A DNA stretch of 27,726 nt from Actinomycetota bacterium (GTDB lineage: Bacteria; Actinomycetota; Acidimicrobiia; Spongiisociales; UBA11373): positions 1,163-28,888 of the forward strand of contig JBBTKD010000112.1 of NCBI GenBank assembly GCA_038059105.1, read 5' to 3'. Shown here one piece after another: positions 23,409 through 27,726 of the stretch. Made by a program: the position numbers and the translations under genes. Within the stretch, counting starts at the first letter, position 1. Each line of letters begins with the position of its first letter. The notes under the pieces are model-generated. The model searched no databases, had not been told where the DNA came from, and worked only from the letters and a program-made list of their open reading frames with translations.

Positions 23409-26036
23409 GTGGATTCGCAACGGATTCTCTCCAATCGCTACGCCCTGCAAGCGCACATTGCGCGGGGTGGGATGGCCGACGTCTACGTCGCCGTCGATCA
23501 ACGCCTGGGACGCAACGTTGCGGTCAAGATCCTCCACGGTGAGTACGCCGCCAGCACTGCGTTCGTCGAGCGGTTTCGACGCGAGGCTCAGGCTGCCGCC
23601 AACCTGACCCATCCCGGAGTCGTCGCCATCTATGACTGGGGCGAGGACGACGGCACCTACTTCATGGTCATGGAGTTGGTCCAGGGTCAGAACCTGCGCG
23701 ACGTGGTTCGCGCCGAGGGGACCCTCAAGCCGAGACGGGTCGCCCAGATCGGCTACGAAGTTGTGGCGGCTCTCTCCGCGGCGCATGCGCAGGGTCTGGT
23801 GCACCGGGACATCAAGCCGGCAAACATCCTCGTTACCCCCGAGGGTCCGGTCAAGGTCGCCGACTTCGGAATCGCCCGGGCGTTCGACGATTCCGAGCAA
23901 CTCACCCGCACCGGCTCGGTTATCGGCACCGCGACCTACTTCAGCCCGGAGCAGGCGCAGGGTCATGTGGCCGATGCCCGCAGCGATCTGTACTCACTCG
24001 GCGTGGTGATGTACGAGTTACTCACCGGGCAGCCTCCCTTCACCGGAGAGTCGCCGGTTGCAGTCGCCTATCAACACGTTCGTGAGACGGCGGAGCCACC
24101 GTCGTGGCGCAATCCCGACATCCCGCTCGGCCTCGAGGCGGTCGTCATGAAGGCGTTGGAGAAGCATCCTGATGACCGCTATCAGGACGCCGCCGAGATG
24201 GCCGATGACCTCAAGCGGGTCCTCGCCGGACAAGTCCCGCTGGCGGCACAGGCGACCGAAGCTCCGACGCGCCTGATGTCGGCGGCACCGCTGCCACCGG
24301 CATACGACGATCCGTATTCCACACAGCGTCCGCCGCGTCGAACGGGTCAGTACGCCGACCCGGGGCGTCCCGGTCGTGCCCGTCCGGACCGCAACACCAT
24401 CATCATCGGCGTCCTCTCGGCGGTGGCGTTGCTCGGTCTTGGTCTGATCCTGCTCGTCAAATTGCTCGGCCCTTCCGGCGGAACGGCGTCGTTGACGATT
24501 CCCGACGTACGCGGCATGGATCTCGCTGAGGCGCGCTCTGCACTCGACGATGCCGGAATGGCACGCATCGGCGAAGAGTTCGTCGCCGACAGCGAGATAG
24601 CCGTGGGACTCGCTGCCGGCACCACTCCTCCGGCCGGCACTGCCGCGGTGCGCGGCACCGAAGTGACGCTGCTTGTTTCAGGCGGCGTCGCCGATATCGC
24701 GGTTCCCCGGGTGATCGAACAGACCCTTGAGAATGCTCGCTCTGCAATCGAGGGCGTCGGACTCGAAGTGGGGGACGTGACTCAAGAGGTGTCCTCCGTG
24801 ATTCCAGAGGGAAGCGTCATCAGCCAAAACCCCGAACCCGGAGTGTTGGTGGTCGCGGGTACAGACATCGACCTCGCGGTGTCCCTGGGAGCCACCGCAC
24901 TGATCGTCCCCGAGGTGGTCGGCAAGACCGAGGCCGACGCGAGGTTCACGCTCACGGAGGCCGGATTTCAGACCTCCCAGATCAGCATCGAGCGCCGACC
25001 CTCCGGGGAGGTCGAAGAGGGGTTTGTCATCGAGACCAACCCGCCAGCGGGAGAAGCGCTCGGACTTGGTGGAGTGGTCACTCTGGTTATCAGTCAGGGA
25101 GCCATCCCTGCGGTCGTTCCCGATGTCATCGGCGAGATTGCCGAAGTCGCCCAGGTGATGCTTGAGGACTTCGGCTTTGAGGTCGTCTTCGACGCTGAGA
25201 TCGAGGTCGCCTGGAACAATCCGCTCCACGGCCTGGTGGCCGAGCAAGACCCCACCGCCGGACAGACACTGGAGTTCGGGTCCCGCGTGACCCTCCGCAT
25301 CGGACGCGCCGCAACCGCGGCACCGGTGCCGGCGGTCGTGGGTGATGCCGAAGCCGCGGCTCGCACCGAGGTCGAATCCGCCGGTTTCGTGTGGGCCAAG
25401 GGAGCAGACACGCTGCTCGCTCCCGGCGACGGCAACATCGGACGCGTCGTGTCTCAGGACCCGACCGCCGGAACCAACCGACCTATCGGCTCGATGGTCA
25501 CGGTGAGCATCGGGATAGAGGGCGCATCCGTGCCCAACCTGTTCAACGGTGGCTCCGGCGGGTGCTCGACGGCCATCACGCAGGCGACGGCGCAGAGCAG
25601 GATCAGCGCGGCGAACCTCGTGATGGCGACGGTGGCGCCCGTCGACGAGTACGCCTACTCGACGTCACCCGGGCTCAACACCCACGCATGTGAGGGACGC
25701 ACGGTCGAGCAGAGCCCGCCGCCGGGCACCGTCGTCGCCAAGAACTCGACCGTGATCGTGACCTTCGACATCGTTCGCACCCCGATCGACAACGAGATCT
25801 ACGGCCTGCTTCCTGCCGACGCAACCGCAAGGTTCCCGGTGTTCATCCTCGAGCAGTCAACCGTCGATGGTGGTCTGTGCTTTGACGCCGACCTTGCATT
25901 CGACGGGACCATCCGAAAGATCGACCCACTGCCCCAGCAGGAGATCCCCCTCGTTTCCGGCGCCTACAAGATCCTCTACTGGCTGGCGACGACCACTCCC
26001 GGCCCCGCCTGCCCGGCGTACACGCCGCCGCCATGA
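23409..26036 (+). CDS. pknB: Stk1/PknB-family PASTA-domain Ser/Thr kinase (~875 aa; ORF track start TTG 23400)
   Basis: ARGGMADVY, VAVKIL, HRDIKPANIL, KVADFGIA, GTATYFSPEQ, one TM helix, then PASTA repeats. TACCAT -10 at 23395-23400 favours GTG 23409. Confidence 0.95.
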   Translation: MDSQRILSNRYALQAHIARGGMADVYVAVDQRLGRNVAVKILHGEYAASTAFVERFRREAQAAANLTHPGVVAIYDWGEDDGTYFMVMELVQGQNLRDVVRAEGTLKPRRVAQIGYEVVAALSAAHAQGLVHRDIKPANILVTPEGPVKVADFGIARAFDDSEQLTRTGSVIGTATYFSPEQAQGHVADARSDLYSLGVVMYELLTGQPPFTGESPVAVAYQHVRETAEPPSWRNPDIPLGLEAVVMKALEKHPDDRYQDAAEMADDLKRVLAGQVPLAAQATEAPTRLMSAAPLPPAYDDPYSTQRPPRRTGQYADPGRPGRARPDRNTIIIGVLSAVALLGLGLILLVKLLGPSGGTASLTIPDVRGMDLAEARSALDDAGMARIGEEFVADSEIAVGLAAGTTPPAGTAAVRGTEVTLLVSGGVADIAVPRVIEQTLENARSAIEGVGLEVGDVTQEVSSVIPEGSVISQNPEPGVLVVAGTDIDLAVSLGATALIVPEVVGKTEADARFTLTEAGFQTSQISIERRPSGEVEEGFVIETNPPAGEALGLGGVVTLVISQGAIPAVVPDVIGEIAEVAQVMLEDFGFEVVFDAEIEVAWNNPLHGLVAEQDPTAGQTLEFGSRVTLRIGRAATAAPVPAVVGDAEAAARTEVESAGFVWAKGADTLLAPGDGNIGRVVSQDPTAGTNRPIGSMVTVSIGIEGASVPNLFNGGSGGCSTAITQATAQSRISAANLVMATVAPVDEYAYSTSPGLNTHACEGRTVEQSPPPGTVVAKNSTVIVTFDIVRTPIDNEIYGLLPADATARFPVFILEQSTVDGGLCFDADLAFDGTIRKIDPLPQQEIPLVSGAYKILYWLATTTPGPACPAYTPPP

Positions 26037-26100
26037 CCCGCGGCGGGAATGACGCCACGAGGATCAGCGGTCGGTCTCCGGTGGCAGCTCGGATCGCCAC

Positions 26101-26982
26101 GTGAGCGGGTCACCGGTGGATCGCCAATCGCCAACTGCCAATTGCGGGAGGCCCGAAGGGCCGACCTCGCGCAACCGAGCACTGCTCGCCTGGTATCACC
26201 GCAACCGTCGAGATCTCCCCTGGCGCCGTGACCGCGATCCATGGCGCATTCTCATCAGCGAGGTGATGCTGCAGCAGACCCAGGCGACGCGAGTCGCCCC
26301 TGTCTTCGAGCGGTTCATCGCCCGGTTCCCCACCGTGGAGGACGCAGCCGCGGTTACGCCGGATGTCGTGGTATCCGCCTGGGTGGGCCTCGGGTACAAC
26401 GCTCGCGCTCGCCGGCTCCACGCCGCAGCGCGCCGCATCGCCGCCGACGGGTGGCCCCGAACCGCGGAGGAGCTCCGGTCACTCCCTGGTGTCGGGCAAT
26501 ACACCGCGGCTGCGGTGGCATCGATCGCCTTTGGAGAACGGGTTGCCGCCGTCGACACCAACCTGCGACGGGTGCTCTCGCGATGGGTAGGGAGAGCATT
26601 GAGCGGTGCGGGACTGGAGGAGGTCGCCGCGCAGAATGTCGCAGCAGATGCGGCGACCTGGAACCAGGCAGTCATGGATCTCGGTGCTGTGCTGTGCCGT
26701 CCCCGGCAACCGGGGTGTGACGCGTGCCCGGTGGCATCGTGGTGCGTTGACCCCACTGTCTACGTCGCACCACCGCGGCAGGCCACCTTCGCTGGATCTG
26801 ACCGGCAGGTCCGCGGGGCGGTGGTGCGAACACTGGCAGGACGATCGTGGTCGACCCCGGACGAGATCGCGGCAGCCACCGGTCATCGTCGCGATCGGGT
26901 CAGTAAGACGGCCGACCGCATGGTGACGGAGGGTCTCCTCGAAGCACATGAAGGCGGTGTCCGGCTGAGCCGTATAGGCTGA
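26101..26982 (+). CDS. mutY: A/G-specific adenine glycosylase, actinobacterial short form
   Basis: RDLPWR, ISEVMLQQT, HhH LPGVGQYTA, VDTN, Fe-S motif C-X6-C-X2-C-X5-C. Confidence 0.92.
   Translation: MSGSPVDRQSPTANCGRPEGPTSRNRALLAWYHRNRRDLPWRRDRDPWRILISEVMLQQTQATRVAPVFERFIARFPTVEDAAAVTPDVVVSAWVGLGYNARARRLHAAARRIAADGWPRTAEELRSLPGVGQYTAAAVASIAFGERVAAVDTNLRRVLSRWVGRALSGAGLEEVAAQNVAADAATWNQAVMDLGAVLCRPRQPGCDACPVASWCVDPTVYVAPPRQATFAGSDRQVRGAVVRTLAGRSWSTPDEIAAATGHRRDRVSKTADRMVTEGLLEAHEGGVRLSRIG
26119..26146 (+). repeat. Degenerate heptamer tract inside the 5' end of mutY
   Basis: gatcgcc aatcgcc aactgcc aattgcg. Confidence 0.65.
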
Positions 26983-27001
26983 ACCCACCGAGGAGGAAAC
27001 G

Positions 27002-27726
27002 ATGCGCCTGAGATCATCCGCCATGGTCGCCGTGTTCTTGCTGGCGGTGGTGGCCGCCTGCGGTGACGACTCGGGAGGGGGCCTCCCCTTCGATTCGAGC
27101 ACCACGACCTCGACGACGGCCGCGCCGGTGACCACCACAACCGCGCTCGTCACCACCACAACCACACCCGTTACCACCGTCGCCACCACGGTTCCCGAAA
27201 CTACGACGACCACCGCGCCCGCGCTCGTACCGGTGCAGTTCCGTCCCGACGGGATCGGGTTTGCGCTCTTCGGCGATGATGCCGAGGCGGTGATCGCGAC
27301 AGCCATCACCTACTTCGGAGCGATCACGACCGACAGTGGACTGCTTCCCGGTGGATTTGGGGACTACGGGGTCTGCCCGGGAGCCCAGTTCCGTCAGGTG
27401 TATTTCCTCGGCGACACCCTCATGCTCATGTTCAGCGACGTCGACTACTTCCGCGCCGGTGGTGTTCAGAACTTCGTCCACTACACCTACTACGCCCCAG
27501 ACGGAACCACGGTGACGGACGGCCCGCCGACCAGCATCGATCTCGGCAACACCGTTGCGCAGTTGCAGTCGATGTGGCCGGGCGTGATCGTCAGCGGCGA
27601 CGACCCCCTGTACGGCGACACCTTCTACTTCGAGGCGGGACCGGGATTCGACTGGCTGGGCGGAACCCTGACGGGAACCACCCCCACCGACACGATCGAG
27701 GTTATCCAGGGCGGAGTGGGCTGCGG
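27002..27726 (+). CDS. Predicted lipoprotein with Thr-rich linker; runs off the window's right edge
   Basis: AGGAGG RBS at 26991; MRLRSSAMVAVFLLAVVAAC lipobox; STTTSTTAAPVTTTT linker; frame open to the edge. Not in the supplied ORF track. Confidence 0.85.
   Translation, partial: MRLRSSAMVAVFLLAVVAACGDDSGGGLPFDSSTTTSTTAAPVTTTTALVTTTTTPVTTVATTVPETTTTTAPALVPVQFRPDGIGFALFGDDAEAVIATAITYFGAITTDSGLLPGGFGDYGVCPGAQFRQVYFLGDTLMLMFSDVDYFRAGGVQNFVHYTYYAPDGTTVTDGPPTSIDLGNTVAQLQSMWPGVIVSGDDPLYGDTFYFEAGPGFDWLGGTLTGTTPTDTIEVIQGGVGC

Noticed and set aside
27095-27225. ACC/ACG-rich low-complexity DNA as a repeat element
   Set aside because: Explained by the Thr-rich linker codons of the lipoprotein.

Overview
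High-GC actinobacterial chromosome segment, probably Acidimicrobiia-like (inferred from gene content and leaderless promoters). It resembles the conserved region near oriC. Core content: the fhaA-fhaB-pstP-rodA-pbpA-pknB cell-wall signalling cluster, tRNA-Leu(CAG), serS, tadA, tRNA-Arg(ACG), all four tRNA-Ser isoacceptors, mutY and the SRP RNA gene. Also present are a membrane GGDEF-EAL protein, a DAG-kinase-like lipid kinase, an ExeM-like nuclease, a DUF885 protein, a PDZ protein, an ABC ATPase/permease pair and a UbiE/MenG-like methyltransferase. The most unusual features are: (1) about ten intergenic arrays of imperfect 7-bp repeats from several sequence families, often paired as hairpin arms and abutting every tRNA-Ser; (2) an SRP RNA of the large, Bacillus-like Alu-domain type (~274 nt); (3) a ~1.9-kb integrase-less islet after tRNA-Ser(GCT) carrying an unknown ORF plus DUF2335 pair, a BrnT-like toxin with an extended RHH antitoxin, and a divergent third gene; (4) a 30-bp duplication of the tRNA-Arg 3' end around a 106-bp hairpin-rich insert; (5) a PknB with six PASTA repeats plus a divergent Cys-containing seventh unit. 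No CRISPR array, rRNA, transposase or integrase was seen. Protein family calls come from motif recognition, not database searches.
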